NCBI GenBank assembly: GCA_964057225.1
Contig: OZ059899.1
Span: 9,176,001 to 9,240,000 of the forward strand
Direction: 5' to 3'
Length of the DNA: 64,000 bases
DNA from: Auanema rhodensis
Lineage: Eukaryota; Animalia; Nematoda
Part shown: positions 39,667-52,520 of the stretch, in pieces
Layout: each line of letters begins with the position of its first letter
How positions within the stretch are numbered: position 1 is the first letter of the stretch
Translations under genes and position numbers: made by a program
Notes under the pieces: generated by a model
Told to the model about the DNA's origin: nothing
Databases searched by the model: none
Seen by the model: only the letters and a program-made list of their open reading frames with translations

Positions 39667-40613
39667 TAAATTTTTTTCATTTCACTTGTCATTTACAAAA
39701 ATCGAATTTATCTTCTTCAACGATTATTTTTGCAATGTGTCATAAGATTTTCACAGTTGAACAAAACGTTTTTTAAGAAGTTTTTTTGTTGTCAACATAT
39801 ATATTTTGCTGGAATTCGAAAGCATTTGGGATGGAAATTAGAAAGAAAAGAACTAGTTTTTCCTACTTTAAAACAAACAATAAGAAATAAAATGAAAAAG
39901 ATTGTTAGATATCCAATTTAAACTTATACATTTACTTCGATAAAGAGCCTATTAGATTGAATTTTTATGTCTTACAGTTCTCCAACAGAACAGACTGATC
40001 CTGATTTTTCTACGATTACATAAAACTCTCGTTTGATATAAAAAAAGGAGAGGAATAACGTTTCCAGGATGTCAAGGATATCGAATCTAGTGATATTGTA
40101 GAAAAATGTAATGTCAGCTCCATAGGTTTTCTCCTAACTTCTCTCATCACAATTGTTTTATTTTTTTTCCTCATAAGAGTTTCTGAAATCTTAGGTGAAC
40201 AAGGCCGTATATAATTTCCTGGAATTCGAAAGCATTTGGGATGGAATTTAGAAAAAAAAGAACTAGTTTTTCCTACTTTAAAACAAACAATAAGAAATAA
40301 AATGAAAAAGATTGTTAGATATCCAATTTAAACTTATACATTTACTTCGATAAAGAGCCTATAAGATTGAAATTTTATGTCTTACAGTTCTCCAACAGAA
40401 CAGACTGATCCTGATTTTTCTACGATTACATAAAACTCTCGTTTGATATAAAAAAAGGAGAGGAATAACGTTTCCAGGATGTCAAGGATATCGAATCTAG
40501 TGATATTGTAAAAAAATGTAATGTCAGCTCCATAGGTTTTCTCCTAATTTCTCTCATCACAATTGTCTCAAATTTTTTTTCTCATAAGAGTTTCTGAAAT
40601 CTTAGTTGAACAG

Positions 40614-40686
40614 GGCCGCGTGGCGCAATGGATAACGCGTCTGCCTACGGAGCAGAAGATTGTAGATTCGAATCCAGCCGTGGTCG
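40614..40686 (+). pseudogene. tRNA-Arg(ACG) probable pseudogene G53A, T63A
   Basis: As 25551. Confidence 0.72.
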
Positions 40687-41223
40687 TAAATTTTTTTCAT
40701 TTCACTTGTCATTTACAAAAATCGAATTTATCTTCTTCAACGATTATTTTTGCAATGTGTCATAAGATTTTCACAGTTGAACAAAACGTTTTTTAAGAAG
40801 TTTTTTTGTTGTCAACATATATATTTTGCTGGAATTCGAAAGCATTTGGGATGGAAATTAGAAAGAAAAGAACTAGTTTTTCCTACTTTAAAACAAACAA
40901 TAAGAAATAAAATGAAAAAGATTGTTAGATATCCAATTTAAACTTATACATTTACTTCGATAAAGAGCCTATTAGATTGAATTTTTATGTCTTACAGTTC
41001 TCCAACAGAACAGACTGATCCTGATTTTTCTACGATTACATAAAACTCTCGTTTGATATAAAAAAAGGAGAGGAATAACGTTTCCAGGATGTCAAGGATA
41101 TCGAATCTAGTGATATTGTAGAAAAATGTAATGTCAGCTCCATAGGTTTTCTCCTAATTTCTCTCATCACAATTGTCTCAAATTTTTTTTCTCATAAGAG
41201 TTTCTGAAATCTTAGTTGAACAG

Positions 41224-41296
41224 GGCCGCGTGGCGCAATGGATAACGCGTCTGCCTACGGAGCAGAAGATTGTAGATTCGAATCCAGCCGTGGTCG
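41224..41296 (+). pseudogene. tRNA-Arg(ACG) probable pseudogene G53A, T63A
   Basis: As 25551. Confidence 0.72.
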
Positions 41297-42652
41297 TAAA
41301 TTTTTTTCATTTCACTTGTCATTTACAAAAATCGAATTTATCTTCTTCAACGATTATTTTTGCAATGTGTCATAAGATTTTCACAGTTGAACAAAACGTT
41401 TTTTAAGAAGTTTTTTTGTTGTCAACATATATATTTTGCTGGAATTCGAAAGCATTTGGGATGGAAATTAGAAAGAAAAGAACTAGTTTTTCCTACTTTA
41501 AAACAAACAATAAGAAATAAAATGAAAAAGATTGTTAGATATCCAATTTAAACTTATACATTTACTTCGATAAAGAGCCTATTAGATTGAATTTTTATGT
41601 CTTACAGTTCTCCAACAGAACAGACTGATCCTGATTTTTCTACGATTACATAAAACTCTCGTTTGATATAAAAAAAGGAGAGGAATAACGTTTCCAGGAT
41701 GTCAAGGATATCGAATCTAGTGATATTGTAGAAAAATGTAATGTCAGCTCCATAGGTTTTCTCCTAACTTCTCTCATCACAATTGTTTTATTTTTTTTCC
41801 TCATAAGAGTTTCTGAAATCTTAGGTGAACAAGGCCGTATATAATTTCCTGGAATTCGAAAGCATTTGGGATGGAATTTAGAAAAAAAAGAACTAGTTTT
41901 TCCTACTTTAAAACAAACAATAAGAAATAAAATGAAAAAGATTGTTAGATATCCAATTTAAACTTATACATTTACTTCGATAAAGAGCCTATTAGTTTGA
42001 AATTTTATGTCTTACAGTTCTCCAACAGAACAGACTGATCCTGATTTTTCTACGATTACATAAAACTCTCGTTTGATATAAAAAAAGGAGAGGAATAACG
42101 TTTCCAGGATGTCAAGGATATCGAATCTAGTGATATTGTAGAAAAATGTAATGTCAGCTCCATAGGTTTTCTCCTAATTTCTCTCATCACAATTGTCTTA
42201 GTTTTTTTTCTCATAAGAGTTTCTGAAATCTTAGGTGAACAAGGCCGTATAAAATTTCCTGGAATTCGAAAGCATTTGGGATGGAATTTAGAAAGAAAAG
42301 AACTAGTTTTTCCTACTTTAAAACAAACAATAAGAAATAAAATGAAAAAGATTGTTAGATATCCAATTTAAACTTATACATTTACTTCGATAAAGAGCCT
42401 ATTAGTTTGAAATTTTATGTCTTACAGTTCTCCAACAGAACAGACTGATCCTGATTTTTCTACGATTACATAAAACTCTCGTTTGATATAAAATAAGGAG
42501 AGGAATAACGTTCCCAGGATGTCAAGGATATCGAATCTAGTGATATTGTAGAAAAATGTAATGTCAGCTCCATAGGTTTTCTCCTAATTTCTCTCATCAC
42601 AATTGTCTTAGTTTTTTTTCTCATAAGAGTTTCTGAAATCTTAGTTGAACAG

Positions 42653-42725
42653 GGCCGCGTGGCGCAATGGATAACGCGTCTGCCTACGGAGCAGAAGATT
42701 GTAGATTCGAATCCAGCCGTGGTCG
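42653..42725 (+). pseudogene. tRNA-Arg(ACG) probable pseudogene G53A, T63A
   Basis: As 25551. Confidence 0.72.
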
Positions 42726-43262
42726 TAAATTTTTTTCATTTCACTTGTCATTTACAAAAATCGAATTTATCTTCTTCAACGATTATTTTTGCAATGTGTC
42801 ATAAGATTTTCACAGTTGAACAAAACGTTTTTTAAGAAGTTTTTTTGTTGTCAACATATATATTTTGCTGGAATTCGAAAGCATTTGGGATGGAAATTAG
42901 AAAGAAAAGAACTAGTTTTTCCTACTTTAAAACAAACAATAAGAAATAAAATGAAAAAGATTGTTAGATATCCAATTTAAACTTATACATTTACTTCGAT
43001 AAAGAGCCTATTAGATTGAATTTTTATGTCTTACAGTTCTCCAACAGAACAGACTGATCCTGATTTTTCTACGATTACATAAAACTCTCGTTTGATATAA
43101 AAAAAGGAGAGGAATAACGTTTCCAGGATGTCAAGGATATCGAATCTAGTGATATTGTAGAAAAATGTAATGTCAGCTCCATAGGTTTTCTCCTAATTTC
43201 TCTCATCACAATTGTCTCAAATTTTTTTTCTCATAAGAGTTTCTGAAATCTTAGTTGAACAG

Positions 43263-43335
43263 GGCCGCGTGGCGCAATGGATAACGCGTCTGCCTACGGA
43301 GCAGAAGATTGTAGATTCGAATCCAGCCGTGGTCG
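43263..43335 (+). pseudogene. tRNA-Arg(ACG) probable pseudogene G53A, T63A
   Basis: As 25551. Confidence 0.72.
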
Positions 43336-44691
43336 TAAATTTTTTTCATTTCACTTGTCATTTACAAAAATCGAATTTATCTTCTTCAACGATTATTTTT
43401 GCAATGTGTCATAAGATTTTCACAGTTGAACAAAACGTTTTTTAAGAAGTTTTTTTGTTGTCAACATATATATTTTGCTGGAATTCGAAAGCATTTGGGA
43501 TGGAAATTAGAAAGAAAAGAACTAGTTTTTCCTACTTTAAAACAAACAATAAGAAATAAAATGAAAAAGATTGTTAGATATCCAATTTAAACTTATACAT
43601 TTACTTCGATAAAGAGCCTATTAGATTGAATTTTTATGTCTTACAGTTCTCCAACAGAACAGACTGATCCTGATTTTTCTACGATTACATAAAACTCTCG
43701 TTTGATATAAAAAAAGGAGAGGAATAACGTTTCCAGGATGTCAAGGATATCGAATCTAGTGATATTGTAGAAAAATGTAATGTCAGCTCCATAGGTTTTC
43801 TCCTAACTTCTCTCATCACAATTGTTTTATTTTTTTTCCTCATAAGAGTTTCTGAAATCTTAGGTGAACAAGGCCGTATATAATTTCCTGGAATTCGAAA
43901 GCATTTGGGATGGAATTTAGAAAAAAAAGAACTAGTTTTTCCTACTTTAAAACAAACAATAAGAAATAAAATGAAAAAGATTGTTAGATATCCAATTTAA
44001 ACTTATACATTTACTTCGATAAAGAGCCTATTAGTTTGAAATTTTATGTCTTACAGTTCTCCAACAGAACAGACTGATCCTGATTTTTCTACGATTACAT
44101 AAAACTCTCGTTTGATATAAAAAAAGGAGAGGAATAACGTTTCCAGGATGTCAAGGATATCGAATCTAGTGATATTGTAGAAAAATGTAATGTCAGCTCC
44201 ATAGGTTTTCTCCTAATTTCTCTCATCACAATTGTCTTAGTTTTTTTTCTCATAAGAGTTTCTGAAATCTTAGGTGAACAAGGCCGTATAAAATTTCCTG
44301 GAATTCGAAAGCATTTGGGATGGAATTTAGAAAGAAAAGAACTAGTTTTTCCTACTTTAAAACAAACAATAAGAAATAAAATGAAAAAGATTGTTAGATA
44401 TCCAATTTAAACTTATACATTTACTTCGATAAAGAGCCTATTAGTTTGAAATTTTATGTCTTACAGTTCTCCAACAGAACAGACTGATCCTGATTTTTCT
44501 ACGATTACATAAAACTCTCGTTTGATATAAAATAAGGAGAGGAATAACGTTCCCAGGATGTCAAGGATATCGAATCTAGTGATATTGTAGAAAAATGTAA
44601 TGTCAGCTCCATAGGTTTTCTCCTAATTTCTCTCATCACAATTGTCTTAGTTTTTTTTCTCATAAGAGTTTCTGAAATCTTAGTTGAACAA

Positions 44692-44764
44692 GGCCGCGTG
44701 GCGCAATGGATAACGCGTCTGCCTACGGAGCAGAAGATTATAGGTTCGAATCCAGCCGTGGTCG
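44692..44764 (+). tRNA. tRNA-Arg(ACG) variant G49A, T63A; probable pseudogene
   Basis: T arm ATAGG-TTCGAAT-CCAGC; two mismatches. Confidence 0.7.
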
Positions 44765-46121
44765 TAAATTTTTTTCATTTCACTTGTGATTTACAAAAAT
44801 CGAATTTATCTTCTTCAACGATTATTTTTGCAATGTGTCATAAGAATTTCACAGTTGAACAAAACGTTTTTTAAGAAGTTTTTTTGTTGTCAACATATAT
44901 ATTTTGCTGGAATTCGAAAGCATTTGGGATGGAAATTAGAAAAAAAAGAACAAGTTTTTCCTACTTTAAAACAAACAATACGAAATAAAATGAAAAAGAT
45001 TGTTAGATATCCAATTTAAACTTATACATTTACTTCGATAAAGAGCCTATTAGTTTGAAATTTTATGTCTTACAGTTCTCCAACAGAACAGACTGATCCT
45101 GATTTTTCTACGATTACATAAAACTCTCGTTTGATATAAAAAAAGGAGAGGAATAACGTTTCCAGGATGTCAAGGATATCGAATCTAGTGATATTGTAGA
45201 AAAATGTAATGTCAGCTCCATAGGTTTTCTCCTAATTTCTCTCATCACAATTGTCTTAGTTTTTTTTCTCATAAGAGTTTCTGAAATCTTAGGTGAACAA
45301 GGCCGTATATAATTTCCTGGAATTCGAAAGCATTTGGGATGGAATTTAGAAAAAAAAAAACTAGTTTTTCCTACTTTAAAACAAACAATAAGAAATAAAA
45401 TGAAAAAGATTGTTAGATATCCAATTTAAACTTATACATTTACTTCGATAAAGAGCCTATTAGTTTGAAATTTTATGTCTTACAGTTCTCCAACAGAACA
45501 GACTGATCCTGATTTTTCTACGATTACATAAAACTCTCGTTTAATATAAAAAAAGGAGAGGAATAACGTTTCCAGGATGTCAAGGATATCGAATCTAGTG
45601 ATATTGTAGAAAAATGTAATGTCAGCTCCATAGGTTTTCTCCTAATTTCTCTCATCACAATTGTCTTAGTTTTTTTTCTCATAAGAGTTTCTGAAATCTT
45701 AGGTGAACAAGGCCGTATATAATTTCCTGGAATTCGAAAGCATTTGGGATGGAATTTAGAAAAAAAAAAACTAGTTTTTCCTACTTTAAAACAAACAATA
45801 AGAAATAAAATGAAAAAGATTGTTAGATATCCAATTTAAACTTATACATTTACTTCGATAAAGAGCCTATTAGTTTGAAATTTTATGTCTTACAGTTCTC
45901 CAACAGAACAGACTGATCCTGATTTTTCTACGATTACATAAAACTCTCGTTTGATATAAAAAAAGGAGAGGAATAACGTTCCCAGGATGTCAAGGATATC
46001 GAATCTAGTGATATTGTAGAAAAATGTAATGTCAGCTCCATAGGTTTTCTCCTAATTTCTCTCATCACAATTGTCTCAAATTTTTTTTCTCATAAGAGTT
46101 TCTGAAATCTTAGTTGAACAG

Positions 46122-46194
46122 GGCCGCGTGGCGCAATGGATAACGCGTCTGCCTACGGAGCAGAAGATTGTAGGTTCGAATCCTGCCGTGGTCG
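46122..46194 (+). tRNA. tRNA-Arg(ACG), consensus
   Basis: Identical to consensus. Confidence 0.95.
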
Positions 46195-47551
46195 TAAATT
46201 TTTTTTATTTCACTTGTCATTCATAAAAATCGAATTTATTTTTTTCAATGATTTTTTTTTGCAATGTGTCATAAGAATTACACAGTTGAACAAAACGTTT
46301 TTTAAGAATTTTCTTTGTTGTCAACATATATATTTTCCTGGAATTCGAAAGCATTTGGGATGGAAATTAGAAAGAAAAGAACTAGTTTTTCCTACTTTAA
46401 AACAAACAATAAGAAATAAAATGAAAAAGATTGTTAGATATCCAATTTAAACTTATACATTTACTTCGATAAAGAGCCTATTAGATTGAATTTTTATGTC
46501 TTACAGTTCTCCAACAGAACAGACTGATCCTGATTTTTCTACGATTACATAAAACTCTCGTTTGATATAAAAAAAGGAGAGGAATAACGTTTCCAGGATG
46601 TCAAGGATATCGAATCTAGTGATATTGTAGAAAAATGTAATGTCAGCTCCATAGGTTTTCTCCTAACTTCTCTCATCACAATTGTTTTAGTTTTTTTTCT
46701 CATAAGAGTTTCTGAAATCTTAGGTGAACAAGGCCGTATATAATTTCCTGGAATTCGAAAGCATTTGGGATGGAATTTAGAAAAAAAAGAACTAGTTTTT
46801 CCTACTTTAAAACAAACAATAAGAAATAAAATGAAAAAGATTGTTAGATATCCAATTTAAACTTATACATTTACTTCGATAAAGAGCCTATTACTTTGAA
46901 ATTTTATGTCTTACAGTTCTCCAACAGAACAGACTGATCCTGATTTTTCTACGATTACATAAAACTCTCGTTTGATATAAAAAAAGGAGAGGAATAACGT
47001 TTCCAGGATGTCAAGGATATCGAATCTAGTGATATTGTAGAAAAATGTAATGTCAGCTCCATAGGTTTTCTCCTAATTTCTCTCATCACAATTGTCTTAG
47101 TTTTTTTTCTCATAAGAGTTTCTGAAATCTTAGGTGAACAAGGCCGTATAAAATTTCCTGGAATTCGAAAGCATTTGGGATGGAATTTAGAAAGAAAAGA
47201 ACTAGTTTTTCCTACTTTAAAACAAACAATAAGAAATAAAATGAAAAAGATTGTTAGATATCCAATTTAAACTTATACATTTACTTCGATAAAGAGCCTA
47301 TTAGTTTGAAATTTTATGTCTTACAGTTCTCCAACAGAACAGACTGATCCTGATTTTTCTACGATTACATAAAACTCTCGTTTGATATAAAATAAGGAGA
47401 GGAATAACGTTCCCAGGATGTCAAGGATATCGAATCTAGTGATATTGTAGAAAAATGTAATGTCAGCTCCATAGGTTTTCTCCTAATTTCTCTCATCACA
47501 ATTGTCTTAGTTTTTTTTCTCATAAGAGTTTCTGAAATCTTAGTTGAACAA

Positions 47552-47624
47552 GGCCGCGTGGCGCAATGGATAACGCGTCTGCCTACGGAGCAGAAGATTG
47601 TAGGTTCGAATCCAGCCGTGGTCG
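47552..47624 (+). tRNA. tRNA-Arg(ACG) variant T63A
   Basis: CCAGC; A51-A63 mismatch. Confidence 0.8.
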
Positions 47625-48160
47625 TAAATTTTTTTCATTTCACTTGTGATTTACAAAAATCGAATTTATCTTCTTCAACGATTATTTTTGCAATGTGTCA
47701 TAAGAATTTCACAGTTGAACAAAACGTTTTTTAAGAAGTTTTTTTGTTGTCAACATATATATTTTGCTGGAATTCGAAAGCATTTGGGATGGAAATTAGA
47801 AAAAAAAGAACAAGTTTTTCCTACTTTAAAACAAACAATACGAAATAAAATGAAAAAGATTGTTAGATATCCAATTTAAACTTATACATTTACTTCGATA
47901 AAGAGCCTATTAGTTTGAAATTTTATGTCTTACAGTTCTCCAACAGAACAGACTGATCCTGATTTTTCTACGATTACATAAAACTCTCGTTTGATATAAA
48001 AAAAGGAGAGGAATAACGTTTCCAGGATGTCAAGGATATCGAATCTAGTGATATTGTAGAAAAATGTAATGTCAGCTCCATAGGTTTTCTCCTAATTTCT
48101 CTCATCACAATTGTCTTAGTTTTTTTCCTCATAAGAGTTTCTGAAATCTTAGTTGAACAA

Positions 48161-48233
48161 GGCCGCGTGGCGCAATGGATAACGCGTCTGCCTACGGAGC
48201 AGAAGATTGTAGTTTCGAATCCTGCCGTGGTCG
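48161..48233 (+). pseudogene. tRNA-Arg(ACG) probable pseudogene G53T
   Basis: GTAGTTTCGAAT; invariant G53-C61 pair and B box lost. Confidence 0.68.
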
Positions 48234-48768
48234 TAAATTTTTTTTATTTCACTTGTCATTCATAAAAATCGAATTTATTTTTTTCAATGATTTTTTTTGC
48301 AATGTGTCATAAGAATTACACAGTTGAACAAAACGTTTTTTAAGAATTTTCTTTGTTGTCAACATATATATTTTCCTGGAATTCGAAAGCATTTGGGATG
48401 GAAATTAGAAAGAAAAGAACTAGTTTTTCCTACTTTAAAAGAAACAATAAGAAATAAAATGAAAAAGATTGTTAGATATCCAATTTAAACTTATACATTT
48501 ACTTCGATAAAGAGCCTATTAGATTGAAATTTTATGTCTTACAGTTCTCCAACAGAACAGACTGATCCTGATTTCTCTATGATTACATAAAACTCCCGTT
48601 TGATATAAAAAAAGGAGAGGAATAACGTTTCCAGGATGTCAAGGATATCGAATCTAGTGATATTATAGAGAAATGTAATGTCAGCTTCATAGCTTTTCTC
48701 TTGATTTCTCTCATCACAATTGTCTTAGTTTTTTTCTCATAAGAGTTTCTGAAATCTCAGTTAAACAA

Positions 48769-48841
48769 GGCCGCGTGGCGCAATGGATAACGCGTCTGCC
48801 TACGGAGCAGAAGATTGTAGGTTCGAATCCTGCCGTGGTAG
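48769..48841 (+). tRNA. tRNA-Arg(ACG) variant C72A
   Basis: CGTGGTAG; G1-A72 mismatch. Confidence 0.78.
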
Positions 48842-49787
48842 TAAATTTTTTTTATTTCACTTGTCATTCATAAAAATCGAATTTATTTTTTTCAACGACT
48901 ATTTTGCAATGTGTCATAAGAATTTCACAGTTTAACAAAACGTTTTTTAAGAAGTTTTTTTGTTGTCAACATATAGATTTTGCTGGAATTCGAAAGCACT
49001 TGGGATGGAAATTAGAAAGAAAAGAACTAGTTTTTCCTACTTTAAAACAAACAATAAGAAATAAAATGAAAAAGATTGTTAGATATCCAATTTAAACTTA
49101 TACGTTTACTTCGATAAAGAGCCTATTAGATTGAAATTTTATGTCTTACAGTTCTCCAACAGAACAGACTGATCCTGATTTTTCTACGATTACATAAAAC
49201 TCTCGTTTGATATAAAAAAAGGAGAGGAATAACGTTTCCAGGATGTCAAGGATATCGAATCTAGTGATATTGTAGAAAAATGTAATGTCAGCTCCATAGG
49301 TTTTCTCCTAACTTCTGTCATCACAATTGTTTTAGTTTTTTTTCTCATAAGAGTTTCTGAAATCTTAGGTGAACAAGGCCGTATATAATTTCCTGGAATT
49401 CGAAAGCATTTGGGATGGAATTTAAAAAAAAAAGAACTAGTTTTTCCTACTTTAAAACAAACAATAAGAAATAAAATGAAAAAGATTGTTAGATATCCAA
49501 TTTAAACTTACACATTTACTTCGATAAAGAGCCTATTAGTTTGAAATTTTATGTCTTACAGTTCTCCAACAGAACAGACTGATCCTGATTTTTCTACGAT
49601 TACATAAAACTCTCGTTTGATATAAAAAAAGGAGAGGAATAACGTTTCCAGGATGTCAAGGATATCGAATCTAGTGATATTGTAGAAAAATGTAATGTCA
49701 GCTCCATAGGTTTTCTCCTAATTTCTCTCATCACAATTGTCTTAGTTTTTTTTTCTCATAAGAGTTTCTGAAATCTTAGTTGAACAA

Positions 49788-49860
49788 GGCCGCGTGGCGC
49801 AATGGATAACGCGTCGGCCTACGGAGCAGAAGATTGTAGGTTCGAATCCTGCCGTGGTCG
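49788..49860 (+). tRNA. tRNA-Arg(ACG) variant T29G
   Basis: TCGGC/GCAGA; G29-A41 mismatch. Confidence 0.8.
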
Positions 49861-52447
49861 TAAATTTTTTTTATTTCACTTGTCATTCATAAAAATCGAA
49901 TTTATTTTTTTCAATGATTTTTTTTTGCAATGTGTCATAAGAATTACACAGTTGAACAAAACGTTTTTTAAGAATTTTCTTTGTTGTCAACATATATATT
50001 TTCCTGGAATTCGAAAGCATTTGGGATGGAAATTAGAAAGAAAAGAACTAGTTTTTCCTACTTTAAAACAAACAATAAGAAATAAAATGAAAAAGATTGT
50101 TAGATATCCAATTTAAACTTATACATTTACTTCGATAAAGAGCCTATTAGTTTGAAATTTTATGTCTTACAGTTCTCCAACAGAACAGACTGATCCTGAT
50201 TTTTCTACGATTACATAAAACTCTCGTTTGATATAAAAAAAGGAGAGGAATAACGTTTCCAGGATGTCAAGGATATCGAATCTAGTGATATTGTAGAAAA
50301 ATGTAATGTCAGCTCCATAGGTTTTCTCCTAATTTCTCTCATCACAATTGTCTTAGTTTTTTTTCTCATAAGAGTTTCTGAAATCTTAGGTGAACAAGGC
50401 CGTATAAAATTTCCTGGAATTCGAAAGCATTTGGGATGGAATTTAGAAAGAAAAGAACTAGTTTTTCCTACTTTAAAACAAACAATAAGAAATAAAATGA
50501 AAAAGATTGTTAGATATCCAATTTAAACTTATACATTTACTTCGATAAAGAGCCTATTAGTTTGAAATTTTATGTCTTACAGTTCTCCAACAGAACAGAC
50601 TGATCCTGATTTTTCTACGATTACATAAAACTCTCGTTTGATATAAAAAAAGGAGAGGAATAACGTTTCCAGGATGTCAAGGATATCGAATCTAGTGATA
50701 TTGTAGAGAAATGTAATGTCAGCTTCATAGTTTTTCCCTTGATTTCTCTCATCAGAATTGTCTTAGTTTTTTCCTCATAAGAGTTTCTGAAATCTCAGTT
50801 AAACAAGGCCGTATATAATTTCCTGGAATTCGAAAGCATTTGGGATGGAATTTAGAAAAAAAAGAACTAGTTTTTCCTACTTTAAAACAAACAATAAGAA
50901 ATAAAATGAAAAAGATTGTTAGATATCCAATTTAAACTTATACATTTACTTCGATAAAGAGCCTATTAGTTTGAAATTTTATGTCTTACAGTTCTCCAAC
51001 AGAACAGACTGATCCTGATTTTTCTACGATTACATAAAACTCTCGTTTGATATAAAAAAAGGAGAGGAATAACGTTTCCAGGATGTCAAGGATATCGAAT
51101 CTAGTGATATTGTAGAAAAATGTAATGTCAGCTCCATAGGTTTTCTCCTAATTTCTCTCATCACAATTGTCTTAGTTTTTTTTCTCATAAGAGTTTCTGA
51201 AATCTTAGGTGAACAAGGCCGTATAAAATTTCCTGGAATTCGAAAGCATTTGGGATGGAATTTAGAAAGAAAAGAACTAGTTTTTCCTACTTTAAAACAA
51301 ACAATAAGAAATAAAATGAAAAAGATTGTTAGATATCCAATTTAAACTTATACATTTACTTCGATAAAGAGCCTATTAGTTTGAAATTTTATGTCTTACA
51401 GTTCTCCAACAGAACAGACTGATCCTGATTTTTCTACGATTACATAAAACTCTCGTTTGATATAAAAAAAGGAGAGGAATAACGTTCCCAGGATGTCAAG
51501 GATATCGAATCTAGTGATATTGTAGAAAAATGTAATGTCAGCTCCATAGGTTTTCTCCTAATTTCTCTCATCACAATTGTCTTAGTTTTTTTTCTCATAA
51601 GAGTTTCTGAAATCTCAGTTAAACAAGGCCGTATATAATTTCCTGGAATTCGAAAGCATTTGGGATGGAATTTAGAAAAAAAAGAACTAGTTTTTCCTAC
51701 TTTAAAACAAACAATAAGAAATAAAATGAAAAAGATTGTTAGATATCCAATTTAAACTTATACATTTACTTCGATAAAGAGCCTATTAGATTGAAATTTT
51801 ATGTCTTACAGTTCTCCAACAGAACAGACTGATCTTGATTTTTCTACGATTACATAAAACTCTCGTTTGATATGAAAAAAGGAGAGGAATAACGTTTCCA
51901 GGATGTCAAGGATATCGAATCTAGTGATATTGTAGAAAAATGTAATGTCAGCTCCATAGGTTTTCTCCTAACTTCTCTCATCACAATTGTTTTAGTTTTT
52001 TTTCTCATAAGAGTTTCTGAAATCTTAGGTGAACAAGGCCGTATATAATTTCCTGGAATTCGAAAGCATTTGGGATGGAATTTAGAAAAAAAAGAACTAG
52101 TTTTTCCTACTTTAAAACAAACAATAAGAAATAAAATGAAAAAGATTGTTAGATATCCAATTTAAACTTACACATTTACTTCGATAAAGAGCCTATTAGT
52201 TTGAAATTTTATGTCTTACAGTTCTCCAACAGAACAGACTGATCCTGATTTTTCTACGATTACATAAAACTCTCGTTTGATATAAAAAAAGGAGAGGAAT
52301 AACGTTTCCAGGATGTCAAGGATATCGAATCTAGTGATATTGTAGAAAAATGTAATGTCAGCTCCATAGGTTTTCTCCTAATTTCTCTCATCACAATTGT
52401 CTTAGTTTTTTTTTCTCATAAGAGTTTCTGAAATCTTAGTTGAACAA

Positions 52448-52520
52448 GGCCGCGTGGCGCAATGGATAACGCGTCGGCCTACGGAGCAGAAGATTGTAGG
52501 TTCGAATCCTGCCGTGGTCG
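52448..52520 (+). tRNA. tRNA-Arg(ACG) variant T29G
   Basis: As 49788. Confidence 0.8.
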
